Part shown: positions 45,011 through 56,490 of the stretch, piece after piece
Position numbering within the stretch: position 1 is the first letter of the stretch
How the letters are laid out: each line of letters opens with the position of its first letter
Assembly: GCA_963829055.1 (NCBI GenBank)
Contig: CAWHHI010000005.1
Location: 160,001-224,000, forward strand
DNA length: 64,000 nt
Direction of reading: 5' to 3'
DNA from: an uncultured Gemmatimonadaceae bacterium
GTDB lineage: Bacteria; Gemmatimonadota; Gemmatimonadetes; Gemmatimonadales; Gemmatimonadaceae
Made by a program: the position numbers and the translations under genes
Notes under the pieces: model-generated
What the model was told of the DNA's origin: nothing
The model's database searches: none
The model's input: only the letters and a program-made list of their open reading frames with translations

Positions 45011-45421
45011 TCCCTGTTCCGGTTCGCGCTCGACGTTCTCCGCGGCCAGCATAATATCCATCGTAGAACGTGCAGAACATGCAGCACTACGGCGCGAGAG
45101 TGTAGGCACTGCGGCGGACGAGCGAGTACACCGCGGCCGATACGTCTCATGGAGGAGTCATGGAACGGAGCAGAAGAATGGGCCAGGCACTACCGGCCGG
45201 CGTCGAGCAGCCGGACGATGCGTTCATGCGACGCATCCGCTATGTAGTGGATTTCGCGGACACGTAGGCAGAGCGGGCTCGTCAATCGTCGCGCCGTCAC
45301 CCAGTCGTTGCTTGGGCGACGACGACCACGGCGGTACCTTGGTCAGCCCGCCAGCACATCGTCGACCGCCGACGTCCCGACGATCGGACACGATCTGCCA
45401 CCCTTCGCGCCAAGACTCAGA

Positions 45422-48400
45422 ATGCGCTACCGGATTGCTCCCGCGGCAACGCTGCTCGCCGCCCTCGCACTCGCCGCCTGTTCCGGGCGCGACACCGTCC
45501 TCGCACCAGTCGCGCCGCCCGCGCCACGTGGGGATGTGGCGACTGCAGTGGCGCCGCCGACCGTCTACTTCAGCGAGATCCACTACGACAACGTCGGCGC
45601 TGACGCCGACGAGCGCATCGAGATCACCGGCCCCGCCGGCACGGACCTCACTGGCTGGCAGGTCGTGCTCTACAACGGCAACGGCGGCGTCACCTACAAC
45701 ACGCAGACGCTGAGCGGCACCATCCCGGCGACGTGCGGCGCGAACGGCGTGGTCGTCCTGACGTATCCCGCGGACGGCATCCAGAACGGCAGTCCCGACG
45801 GCATGGCGCTCGTGAACGGCGGCGGCCAGGTCGTCGAGTTCCTGTCCTACGAGGGGACGTTCGCCGCGACGAACGGGCCGGCGTTAGGCATGACGTCGGT
45901 GGACATCGGCGTGCTCGAGAACGGCGCGCCCGTTGGACAATCGCTCCAGCGGAGCAGCGCCGGCACGTGGAGCGGCCCGGTCGCGAGCACGTTCGGCGCC
46001 TGCAACGACGACGGTGGCCAACCTCCCGCCGCGGTCGCGAAGGTCACCGTCGCGCCGGCCGCGGCGTCGATCGCGCAGGGCGCCACCCAGACGTTCACCG
46101 CGACGGCCTTCGACGCGTCGAACCAGCCGGTCGCGGGCGTCACGTTCACGTGGACGAGCAGCGCCACGGCCGTCGCGACGGTGAGCGCGACCGGCGTCGC
46201 GACCGCGCTGCAACCGGGCGACGTCACGATCACGGCGACGGCGCCTAACGCCATTACCGGGACGGCGTCGCTCCACGTCGATCGCGCCGTCGACGCCGGG
46301 CCTGCCCGAAACGCGGTTCAGCGAGCTGCACTACGACAACTTCGGCACGGACGTCGACGAAGCGATCGAGATCGAAGGACCCGCGGGCACCGATCGCTCA
46401 CGGGCTGGAGCATCGTGCTCTACAACGGCAACGGCGGCGTGCAGTACAACACGCAGCCACTGACGCGGAACGATCCCCGCGACGTGCGACGCCCGCGGTG
46501 TCGTCGTCGTGAACTACCCGCAGGACGGGATCCAGAACGGCAGCCCCGACGGAATGGCACTGGTGAACGCGGCCGGTGAAGTCGTGGAGTTCCTCTCGTA
46601 CGAAGGGACGTTCACCGCGACCGATGGCCCCGCGTCAGGCAAGACCGTCGACGACATCGGTGTGTCGGAGTCATCGTCACCGCTCGGACAATCGCTGCAG
46701 CGCTACCTCGGCGGGCGTCTGGCAGCAGCCGGCGACATCGAGCTTCGGCGCCTGCAACGGTAGCGGCGGCGGCCGAACCCCGGCGGCAACACGATCAGCT
46801 TCACCGGCCGTACGCCCAGTGACCCGGCGCTTCCCGTCGGCTTCCAGGATCAGCTCTTCGCGACCGTGCGCGACGCCGAACAACGTCGACCGTCACCACG
46901 ACCATCACGTGGACGACTCGGAGACGCCGGCCATCGCGCGCATCGACCAGAACGGCGTCATCACCGCGCTCGCGGCCGGCAGCGCCACGTTCCGCGCGAC
47001 GGCCGCCGACGGCCTAACGACGGCCACGTTCGCACTCCCCGTCGCGCGTCGCGGTCGCCAGCACCACGGCGCAATACGCTGGCAACGCGGAGTTCGGCGA
47101 GCCGGCCGACAGCCGACCCGAGCGACGACTTCATCGTCCGCCACCCGGAGTACACGGCGTCGTTCAACAAGAACCGCGGCACGCCGAACTGGGTCAGCTA
47201 CGATCTCGAGGCCACGCACTTCGGCCCCGAGGACCGCTGCGACTGCTTCACGTTCGACCCGTCGCTGCCGGCTGCGTTCACGCGCTACACCACCGCCGAC
47301 TACACCGGCGCCGGCGCTGCCGCCGGTTTCGGTATCGACCGCGGCCATCTCGCCCGCTCGTTCGACCGCACGTCGGCGAGTCTCGACAACGCGTTCACGT
47401 TCCTGTTCACGAACATCGTGCCGCAGGCCGCCGACCTGAACCAGGGTCCATGGGCGACCATGGAAAACTTCCTCGGCGACCTCGCTCGGCTCCAGAACAA
47501 GGAGGTCTACATCGTCGCCGGCGTCGCGGGCAACATTGGCACGGTCAAGAACGAGGGGAAGATCGTGATCCCCGCGTCCACCTGGAAAGTCGCGGTGATC
47601 ATGCCGCGCGATCAGGGGCTCGCGACATCACGACACTCGGCGACCTCGAGGTCATCGCCGTGATCATGCCTAACCGAGCCCGGCGTGCGGAACGTCGACT
47701 GGCAGACGTACAAGACGACCGTCGACGCCGTCGAAGCGCTGAGCGGCTACGACCTGCTCGCGCTCCTGCGCGACGACATCGAGAACGCGGTCGAGAGCGG
47801 CAAGACGACAGCGGCGCCCATAGCAGCCATCGAATGGACCGTACACGTCGCTCGAAGGATCGGCGGTCGTCGATGAGCGCTGCCGGCTCCAGTGACGCGG
47901 ACGGCGGTACGCTCACGTACCTGTGGAGCTTCGGCGACGGCGGGACCGCGAGCGGCCTCGACTGTGTCGCACACGTACTCCGCGGATGGCGGCTACAACG
48001 TTAGGCTCATCGTGAACAGCTCGAGCGGGCTCGCCGATACGATCTTCACCACCGCGACGGTCGCGAACGTCGCCCCAGCCATCGCCTCGTTCGCCGGAGC
48101 TACGCTGCTTCCGGGCGAGACGTACGCTGCCACGGGATCGTTCACGGATCCGGGCACGGACGCGTGGACGGCGACGGTCGACTACGGCGATGGCTCGGGA
48201 CTCGTACCGCTGGCCCTCTCCGGCAAGACGTTCTCGCTCTCGCACACGTACGCCGGCGCTGGCTCCTTCACCGTCACGGTCCGCGTGAGGGACGACGACG
48301 TCACCTCGACGCGGACTGCGACGGTGACGGTGCTGACGCCGGAGGAGGGCATCGACAAGGCGATCGCGATCGTGAATGAGCTCCTGGCAGACGGAAAGAT

Positions 48401-48678
48401 CGACGCCGGCATCGCGAGCTCGCTCACGTCGAAGCTCGGCGGCGCGAAGACGTCGCTTCTGCACGAGACCACACACGCCGCGCTCGGAAAGCTCGAAGCC
48501 GTGCTCGATGAGCTCGAATGCCCTGATACACGGAGGTCACGTGTCCGCCTCGGACGTCGACGCGTTGCACGAGCTCGTCGAGCGCGTCATCAAGTCGATT
48601 ACGTACGTGCACCTTGTCATTCCGAGCGAGACGGCAGACGGGAGACGAGGAATCGAGGAATCCATGAGCTGCCGGTAG
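45422..48678 (+). CDS. Modular lipoprotein nuclease: 2x lamin-tail-like + Ig-like + DNA/RNA non-specific endonuclease + PKD (frameshifted)
   Basis: LAAC lipobox; duplicated FSE.HYDN..IQNGSPDG..VEFLSYEG domain; PNWVSY, DRGHLA, NIVPQ..LNQGPW..ME; true stop may lie near 48605, before the repeat. Confidence 0.8.
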
Positions 48679-48748
48679 AGAGGCTCCCTCTACCCGGCAT
48701 CCCAAGATTCCTCGACTCCGCCGCTTCGCGGCTTCGCTCGGAATGCAC
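48616..48748. repeat. REP-like element type I
   Basis: GTCATTCCGAGCG..GAGGAATC..GGTAGAG/CTCTACC..GATTCCTC..CGCTCGGAATG. Confidence 0.8.
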
Positions 48749-48778
48749 GGCTGTAACGGCAGGTTTACTCTTAGCCGC

Positions 48779-49120
48779 ATGATGCTCCGCGCGCGCAACC
48801 TGTTCCTGGCCTGGCTCACCTACGGCGCCCTGCAGCTCGCGCTGCTGGGCGTCCCGGGCGCAGCCGCGCAGCCAGGCGTCGGGAATCGCGACGCACGGTC
48901 GCAGTCCGAGTCCCAGTCGGTCTCGTTCGGCAAGCGCCTCGTCGCGCCCGACAGCATCGACCGTCGGACCCCGACGACGCCGTTCGCGCCGTCGCGCCAC
49001 ATTGGCCTCGATCTGCCCGTCGTCGCAGGCAGCACGGCCGTCGTTGTCCCGCAGCACCACGACGGCTCCGACGCATCGCTCGCCCTCCCACCCGCACGCG
49101 CTCCACCCGCTCTCGCCTGA
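48779..49120 (+). CDS. Putative secretion-monitoring translation arrest peptide (RAPP) upstream of secDF
   Basis: 113 aa; basic/hydrophobic signal ending AAAQ, low-complexity linker, C-terminal ARAPPALA*; ends 123 nt before secDF. Confidence 0.7.
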   Translation: MMLRARNLFLAWLTYGALQLALLGVPGAAAQPGVGNRDARSQSESQSVSFGKRLVAPDSIDRRTPTTPFAPSRHIGLDLPVVAGSTAVVVPQHHDGSDASLALPPARAPPALA

Positions 49121-49211
49121 GCCGTCGCGCCTCTTCGGCGCGCCCATCACAACTCCGCCGGTCTTCACCTAACGCCGCCCGCGTCCGCGAGCAGGCGTGG
49201 CCGGCGCACGG

Positions 49212-49232
49212 CTTTCCGCGACCCGCGGAAGG
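49212..49232 (+). promoter_or_regulatory. Hairpin overlapping the secDF Shine-Dalgarno sequence
   Basis: CTTTCCGCG-ACC-CGCGGAAGG pairs over the GGAAGG part of GGAAGGAG, which precedes ATG 49244. Confidence 0.5.
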
Positions 49233-49243
49233 AGAGCAGCCAC

Positions 49244-51896
49244 ATGAAATCGATCAGGTGGCGAGTGATCATCATCCTCGCCCTCGTTGTCGCGAGCGTC
49301 TTCGCGCTCGTACCCCGCAGCGTCAAGCAGCGCCTCTACGACTCGCGCACCGGTCAGATGCGCGACACCACCGTCCGCCGCGTTCCCATCAACATGGGCC
49401 TCGACCTTCGCGGCGGTGTTCACCTCGCGCTCGAGGTCGACGAGTCGCGCGGCAAAGTCGCCGATTGCGCCGACGCGATCCGTCGCGCCGAACGCGTCGT
49501 GCGCGCACGCATCGACGAGTTCGGAACGACGGAGCCCGTCGTCCAGATCGCGAGCGACTGTCGCCTGGTTGTCGAGCTTCCCGGCGAGACCGATCCCGCA
49601 CGCGCCCGGTCGATCGTCGAACGCACGGCGTTCCTCGAGTTCCGCATCACGGACGCGAAGGAGCAATTCCGGCGCGCGCTCCCCTCGATCGATGTCGCGT
49701 TGCGACGAGCGGGAGTTGCAAACGCCGCGGCGCCGCGGACGACCGCCAGCGCAGATGTCGTCACCGGTCTCCTCTCGCCCGACAGTGCGCGTGCTACGAC
49801 TGACACCACGATCAACGCGGCCAACGCCACGACCGAGGGCGGCGTGCTGTCGTCGCTCCTCACGCCTGGTCGTGTCCCTGGAGAATTCATCGTCGCCGAA
49901 GAAAGCGTCGCTCAGGTCGAGCAGCTGATCGCGAAGCCGGAGGTGCAGCAACTCGTTCCGCGCGGACTCGAGCTGCGATGGGGCACACCGATCGCGACGC
50001 GAGAGACGCGAGCGTTCCGGCCACTTTACGCGCTGCAGTCGCGAGCCATCATCACCGGCGAGGAAATCCAGAAAGCCGTCGCTGGCCGAGACCCCACGAC
50101 CAACGCGGCCGAAGTGCAGTTCGAGCTCACGCGGCCCGGCGGACGCCAGTTCGGCGACGCGACCGGTCGCAACATCGGCAATCACCTCGCGATCCTGCTC
50201 GACGGGCGCGTACAGGGCGAGCCGCCCGTCATCCGCGACCGCATCACGTCGAACGGACGCATCGAGCTCGGTGGCAAGTCGCTCGAGGAAGCAAACGACC
50301 TCGCGCTCATGCTGCGCGCCGGCGCGCTTCCGGTACCGCTCCATGTCGTCGCCCAGGGAACCATCGGCCCGTCGCTCGGCATGGACTCCATCCGCGATGG
50401 CGTGCGCGCGTCGGCGCTTGCGGTTGGGTTCGTGCTGGTCGTCATGGGCGCGTACTACGGATTCGCCGGACTCCTCGCTGTCGCCGCGCTCGCCCTGTAC
50501 GTGCTCTACTGCCTTGGCGGTCTCGCCGTGTTCGGGTTCAACCTGACGCTCCCGGGACTCGCGGGCTTCGCGCTGTCCATCGGAATGGCGGTCGACGCGA
50601 ACGTGCTGATCTTCGAGCGCATGCGCGAAGAGCTCGACGCGGGGAAACCCGTTAGGCGCGCGATCGATGAAGGGTTTCGGCACGCGATGAGCGCCATCGT
50701 CGACTCGAACGTCACGACCGCGCTCACCGCGCTGATCCTGTACGTGGTGGGCACGGGACCCGTGCAGGGATTCGCGATCACGCTGCTCGTCGGACTCGTG
50801 GCGTCGATGGTCACCGCCGTCTTCGTCACGCGCACGTTCTTCCTCGTGTGGGTGAAAGCGCGTCCGAACATGACGACGCTTGAAGCATTTCACGTTCAGG
50901 CTGTTCGCGAACGCGCGCTACGACTTCATCGGCGTGCGACGCTGGGCGTACGGCGTGACGGCCGCGCTGATCGTGCCGGGCATGATCATGCTCGCCGCGA
51001 CTGGGCATCACGTACAGCATCGAGTTCACGGGCGGTGCGCTGATGCACGTGCGCACGGACGACGCCCGTGGAGACGACACGCCTCCGCACCGCGCTCGAG
51101 CGCGGCGGTGTGAACAACCCGGAGATTCAGAGCTTCGGCTCGGCGCAGGAGTACGTGATCCGCGCTCGTCTCGACGGAGCCGCGGACGGCAACACGCGGA
51201 GCGCCGAGATCGCGGCGTCGGTGAGCAAGGCGCTCGATGCCGACCTGGGCACGGGCACGTATCAGATCGTGCGCAGCGAGGGCGTCAGCTCCGAAGGTCG
51301 GCGGTGAGCTTCAGGAGAAAGCGCTCATCGCGATTCTCTTCAGCTTCGTCGCGACGCTCATCTACCTCGCGTTCCGCTTCGAGTGGCGCTTCGGCCTCGC
51401 GGCCGTGATCGCGACGGCGCACGACGTGCTCGCGACGGTCGCGTTCATTCGCTACCTGGATCTCGAGGTGAGTCTCGTCGTGGTGGCGGCGGTGCTCACG
51501 GTACTCGGCTACTCGCTCAACGACACGATCGTGATCTTCGATCGCGTGCGCGAGAACGTGAAGCTCCACGCGCGCAAGCCGCTGGCGGAGTTGTTGAATC
51601 TTTCGATCAACGAGACGTTGCCGCGGACGATACTCACCGGCGGCACGACGCTGGCGACGGCGCTCGTGCTCTCGTTCTTCGCCGGCGAGGTGATCAAGCC
51701 GTTCGCGCTGGTGATGACGTTCGGCATCATCGTCGGCACGTTCTCTTCGATCTTCGTCGCGTCGCCGGTGCTGCTCGGCATAACGCGGCGTTGGGGCACT
51801 CCGAAGCCGAGTACAAGCAGCAGTGTCATCCGCGCAGCCGAGCCAGCGCGTGTCATCCCGAGCGGCAGCGAGGGACCTTCCGTGACGTCATCGTAG
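49244..51896 (+). CDS. secDF: Protein translocase SecDF, probably fused (frameshifted)
   Basis: MGLDLRGG, LRAGALP, IGPSLG, IGMAVDANVLIFER, IVDSNVTT (SecD); IEFTGG, RFEW, HDV, GYSLNDTIVIFDRVREN, GTFSSIFVA (SecF); no stop or SD between the halves, with a 1-nt shift near 50880. Confidence 0.9.
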
Positions 51897-52173
51897 CCAG
51901 GGCCTGAACGACAACACCAACAGCAAACGGCAACTGCATGACAGGATTGGCAGGATGGACAGGATTGAACAGAGGCTCCGTGTCGCACGCAGGGCCCCTC
52001 CCGCAACGAGCCCGGAACGAGGGGAACGGCCGCTCGGGACGCCACTCTCCGAGAGATGTGTTCCTTCATTCGTTAGGCCCCGCGACACGCTCCCGACGCC
52101 GAGGCGGTCATCTTCTCAATCCTGCCAATCCTGGCCATCCTGTCTGCTGTTGCGGTTGCCGTTTGCGGTTGTC
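51852..52173. repeat. Composite repeat: type II arm plus ACAGGATTG/CAATCCTG inverted pair
   Basis: GTCATCCCGAGCG at 51852; ACAGGATTGGCAGGATGGACAGGATT at 51941; AATCCTGCCAATCCTGGCCATCCTGTC at 52118. Confidence 0.72.
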
Positions 52174-52343
52174 GAGCCCGCCCAGCGGACGTCGAGTGTC
52201 GTTAAGCACGCGATCCTGTCCGGCCTGCCGATGTCGAACGTCCGTCGGGACCGCCATCGTACCTGTCGTCGCGAGTAATAGTCGCAATTCGGTACGTAAT
52301 CGCCGTACACCGTGCCTCGGCAGATTCCGCGCTGGATGTGAAC

Positions 52344-52373
52344 AGCCCCGCTGTCAGCGAAGACAGCGGGGCT
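52344..52373. terminator. GC-rich hairpin between convergent secDF and msrB
   Basis: AGCCCCGCTGTC / GACAGCGGGGCT 12-bp stem. Confidence 0.6.
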
Positions 52374-52414
52374 TTCAGGTCACCTTGCGCAAGCCCACGA
52401 GCTAATGCGTCGTC

Positions 52415-53026
52415 TTATCGCTTCGCCTTCTCGAACAACGCCACATACTGCCCATAGCCTTCCTCGGCCAGCTTCGCCACCGGGATGAAGCGCATCGACG
52501 CCGAGTTCATGCAGTAGCGCAGTCCGGTCGGCTGCGGACCGTCGTCGAAGAGATGCCCGAGATGCGAGTCCGCGTGCGCCGACCGCACTTCCGTGCGCTC
52601 CATGAACAGCGAGCGATCGGTCTTCGTCTTCACGTTCGCCGTCTCGAGCGGCTTCGTGAAGCTCGGCCATCCCGTGCCCGAGTCGTACTTGTCGAGAGAG
52701 CTGAACAGCGGCTCGCCCGAGACGACGTCGACGTAGATGCCCGCCTCGTGATTGTCCCAGTACTCGTTCTGGAACGGACGCTCCGTCCCCTCGTGCTGGG
52801 TCACCTGATACTGCAGCGGCGATAGCTGCTTCTTGAGCTCCGCGTCGCTGGGCTTCTTGAAGTCGGTCATCCGTTTGGCTCCTGTCTTCCCGTTGGTGGC
52901 GGCGACGGTTTGCGCGCCTGCGTGCGTGTTGGCCTGCGCCCCCGCCGCGGTTGTCGCCACGCCTACCATCATCGCAGCCGCGGCAACCGCGAGCCCGCGC
53001 TGGGTGCGACTCAGTCGCGCAACCAT
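52415..53026 (-). CDS. msrB: Peptide-methionine (R)-S-oxide reductase with export signal
   Basis: [40 protein letters not shown]-terminal signal ending AGAQ. Confidence 0.93.
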   Translation of the reverse strand: MVARLSRTQRGLAVAAAAMMVGVATTAAGAQANTHAGAQTVAATNGKTGAKRMTDFKKPSDAELKKQLSPLQYQVTQHEGTERPFQNEYWDNHEAGIYVDVVSGEPLFSSLDKYDSGTGWPSFTKPLETANVKTKTDRSLFMERTEVRSAHADSHLGHLFDDGPQPTGLRYCMNSASMRFIPVAKLAEEGYGQYVALFEKAKR

Positions 53027-53362
53027 ATAGACCGTTTCCCCGCCTATCGTATGCCAGCCGCGACCGCTCGTTCGAGCGGCCCCGGATTGTCTGAATGGGG
53101 TCCTCACCGGACATATCCGTGTTCGGTACCGATTGTTCCAGGGATAAAGTCCGGACAATGAAGTACGCCTGCCGACCGATGTCGGATCGTTGCGTGCTCG
53201 CCGGATCGGTTGGTCACGCTCGAGGACGGTTCAACCCTGTTCCCGGCGCGCTTGTGGCCCCCGCAGTGACCCACAGCCCGTCGCCATCGGATCGTGTCAG
53301 CTGTCCCGTCCCGGTAATTCACGCCGCGACCAACCTGCTTCAGCGCTCCCTGGCGTCGACCT

Positions 53363-54292
53363 ATGATCTCTCCCCTCCTGCGTGGCCTTCGCGGCACTCG
53401 CCCTCATCTGGCGCCTCTGCTGTGGTCGCGACTCGAGCCACGGCTCAGAGCGTCCCTGATACCGCCTCTGCTCGCGCCGAGTCGCTCTTCGCCGCGAAGG
53501 ACTACGTGGGCGCGGCGTCCGCCTTTCAGGCGCTCACCCGCACCCATCCACAGCAGGCGCGGTACTGGACCCGTCTCGGAACGTCGCTGCAGTTCGCCGG
53601 GCGCCACGACGACGCCGTCGCCGCCTACCGACACGCGATCGGCATCGCGACGGCACCGATCGCCATGTACAACCTCGCGACGGTGTTCGCCACGAAGAAC
53701 CAGAAGGACTCCGCGTTCTACTGGCTGGACCAGCTGGTCACCACCGCGAGCTACACGAACGACAAGGCCGTGAGCAGCGACAACGACTTCGCGTCGCTCC
53801 GCGCGCGACCCGCGCTTCGACGCGCTGCTCGAGCGCATGCGGAACGCGCTGCGTCCGTGCCTAACGCGCAAGGAGTCTCGGATGTTCGACTTCTGGGTCG
53901 GCGACTGGGACGTGAAGAACGCGCAGGGGCAGCAAGCCGGCTCGAGCTCGGTACAGCTGCTGCTCGAAGGGTGTGCCCTGTACGAGAACTGGGTCGACGG
54001 GCAGGGTGGCGGCGGCAAGAGTCTCAACAGCTACAACGAAGAAACGAAGCAGTGGCAGCAGTTCTGGACCGACCAGTACGGCCACGTCACCGAGTACCGC
54101 GAAAGCGAATGGATCAACGGGAGCCTGCGCTACTCCGCCAGGCAGCAGACTCCGCGGGGTCCGTCGCTGATCCACATGACGTTCACGCCGATGAACCCGG
54201 ACCTCGTTAGGCAGTTCGGCGAGACGTCGCTCGACGGCGGCAAGACGTGGACGCCATCGTTCGACCTCTACTATCACCGCCGGAAGAAATGA
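53363..54292 (+). CDS. TPR-containing secreted hypothetical protein (frameshifted)
   Basis: TPR-like helices, followed by an FDFWVGDWDV..GKSLNSY..WQQFWTD..SLDGGKTW domain. Confidence 0.65.
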
Positions 54293-54359
54293 TGTGCGCG
54301 GGCGGCGCTGTCCGTGTGTTCCGCCTGTCTCCGCCATCCGCCGTCCGCCCTCCTCCTTC

Positions 54360-54836
54360 CTAAGGCCTCGCAGGCGTTCGCAGCACCGCAACCGCCTCGA
54401 TCTCGAGCAGGATGTCTGGCCTCGCCAGCGTCGCGACCGGTATGAGGCTGTTGGCCGGCGGGCGCGCCGGATCGAGATACTTGCCGCGAATCTCCCGCAA
54501 CGTCGCCACGTTGGCGAGGTCGGTGATGTAGGTCGTCGTCTTCACGACGTCGGAGAACGTCGCACCCACGCTCGCGAGCGCGATCCGCAGGTTCGCGTAC
54601 ACGCGCTCCGCCTGCGCGCGGAAGTCGCCCACACCGACCATCGCGCCGGTGCTGTCGAACGCGACCTGACCGGCGATGTACACCGTGCGACCGTCGGCGG
54701 CGAGCACGACGTGCGTGTAGCCACTCGGCTTCGTGAGACCGGTCGGATTGATGTAGCGCGCCTCGCCCGCCTGAGCGCGGGCACCGGAGCCCGCGAGAAA
54801 CACAATCAGCGTGAATCGCGCGGATCGCGAAAGCAT
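54360..54836 (-). CDS. RidA/YjgF family protein with signal peptide
   Basis: GYTHV, VYIAGQV, DVVKTTTY, LLEIEAVA. Confidence 0.85.
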   Translation of the reverse strand: MLSRSARFTLIVFLAGSGARAQAGEARYINPTGLTKPSGYTHVVLAADGRTVYIAGQVAFDSTGAMVGVGDFRAQAERVYANLRIALASVGATFSDVVKTTTYITDLANVATLREIRGKYLDPARPPANSLIPVATLARPDILLEIEAVAVLRTPARP

Positions 54837-54923
54837 TGAATCGAGTCATGCGGAAGTATTCGCGAGCACGAGCCAGGGTGCCAATCGATTCTTCGCATGA
54901 TGACACTTCGCGCACGTGACCGT

Positions 54924-55084
54924 GTCTCATTCCGAGCCGGTTGTCATTCCGAGCGGAGCGCCGAGGCGCGCAGTCGAGGAATCGCGATCGTCCCGATAGA
55001 GGGGCCACTCTACCCGGACGATCAGCGATTCCTCGACTGCGGCCTGCGGCCTCCGCTCGGAATGACAACCCCGCTCGGAATGAC
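54924..55084. repeat. REP-like element type I (doubled ends)
   Basis: Same architecture as 4217-4371. Confidence 0.85.
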
Positions 55085-55086
55085 AG

Positions 55087-56490
55087 CTAGCAGCAGTCCG
55101 TCACGACGTCGAGCAATCGTGCGATGTCGGCCTCGTTACTGGCGATACCTAACGACGCACGGATCGCCCCCACCGGCACGTCCGGACCAAGGCACTCCGC
55201 GAACTTCTCCACCGAGAACCCCTCACGTCGCGCGCGCTCCAGACACGCCGCCGACTCGGCCGCAGGGAATCCGAACGCACGCTCCGCCGCGCCCGGGTTG
55301 CAGAAGCAACCACCACGCACCGACACGCCATTCGCGAGCGCCTTCTGCTCGACCTGCTGGTACGGAAGCACACGTCCATGCCGATCCACGACGTTGAACG
55401 TCACCGTGCCGCCTCGTGCGTGCCCGCCGCTCGGGCCGTAGACAATCGTCATTGCCCGGCCGTTCGAGTGTCGCAACTCGGACAGCCCAGCGAGCAACGT
55501 CGTCGTCAGCTGACCGACACGCGCCTTCACGTTCGACATGCCGATGGTGCCTAACAACTCGAAGCCCGCCGGCAACGCGGCGATCGACGCGAAGTTCGGC
55601 GTGCCGTCCTCGAAGCCCTCCGCGCCTGCCTTGAGCATGTGCGTGCGGTGCTGCACCGAGACGAATTCCACCGTCCCGCCCGCGAACCAGGGCCGCGTCA
55701 GCGACGCGAGCGCGTCGCGCCGTGCGATCAACGCGCCCACTCCCGTCGGGTAGCCGAACATCTTGTAGAACGACAGCGCGACGAAGTCCGGCTGCACCTC
55801 GTCGAGTCGCAGTGCGTTGGTCGGCACGAACGCGGCCGCGTCGAGCAGCACTGCATACCCAGCCCGTTGCGCCGCGTGCACTAGCTCGAGCGGATGCTGC
55901 ACGCCCGAGAAGTTCGACTGCGCTGGAAACGCGAACAGGCTCGGCCCCGCCGCGCGCGTGAGCTCTCGCGCTTCACCGATGAGTCGAAGCTCGTCGTCCA
56001 GCTCCACGTACCTGACCTCGGCTCCTCGTGCCCGCGCGATCTCGCGAATGCCATTCACCGAGTTGTGATTGTCCGCGGAGAGCACCAGGCGAGAGCCGTG
56101 GCAAAACGCGAACGCCTCACCGACGAGACGGAGCGCACCGCTCGCATTCGCGGTGAAGATGACCTCGTACTCCTCCGGATCCGCGGCGAAGAACGCGAGC
56201 GTCAACCGACGCGCGTCCTCGATGATCTCCGTGCTGCGGAGTGACGCCACGCTCTCCGAGTGCGGGTTCCCGAGCACTGACTCGCTGAGAACATCGAGAT
56301 GACCCCGCACCTGTGACTCGGCGAACAGCGCGCTGCCCGTGTAGTCGAGATACACCTCGCCCGAGCGATCCAGACGCCCGAATTCGCGCGTCCGCAGCGC
56401 CGCGAACCACGCGGCATCCCGTACGGTCGCACGCGCTGGCGAGCCAACGCCCGCCGACGCTGTCCCGTGCGCGAACGTTGCGTTCAACAC
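55087..56490 (-). CDS. Class V PLP enzyme resembling the Moco sulfurase NifS-like domain
   Basis: YLDYTG, GNPHS, FTANAS, DNHNSV.GIRE, PAQSNFSG, SFYKMFGYPTG.GAL, FEDGT, RGGCFCNPG. Confidence 0.85.
   Translation of the reverse strand: MLNATFAHGTASAGVGSPARATVRDAAWFAALRTREFGRLDRSGEVYLDYTGSALFAESQVRGHLDVLSESVLGNPHSESVASLRSTEIIEDARRLTLAFFAADPEEYEVIFTANASGALRLVGEAFAFCHGSRLVLSADNHNSVNGIREIARARGAEVRYVELDDELRLIGEARELTRAAGPSLFAFPAQSNFSGVQHPLELVHAAQRAGYAVLLDAAAFVPTNALRLDEVQPDFVALSFYKMFGYPTGVGALIARRDALASLTRPWFAGGTVEFVSVQHRTHMLKAGAEGFEDGTPNFASIAALPAGFELLGTIGMSNVKARVGQLTTTLLAGLSELRHSNGRAMTIVYGPSGGHARGGTVTFNVVDRHGRVLPYQQVEQKALANGVSVRGGCFCNPGAAERAFGFPAAESAACLERARREGFSVEKFAECLGPDVPVGAIRASLGIASNEADIARLLDVVTDCC

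Noticed and set aside
45151..45267. Small ORF MERSRRMGQ.. after GGAGGAG
   Set aside because: SD-to-ATG spacing is only 2 nt and the product is unrecognisable.
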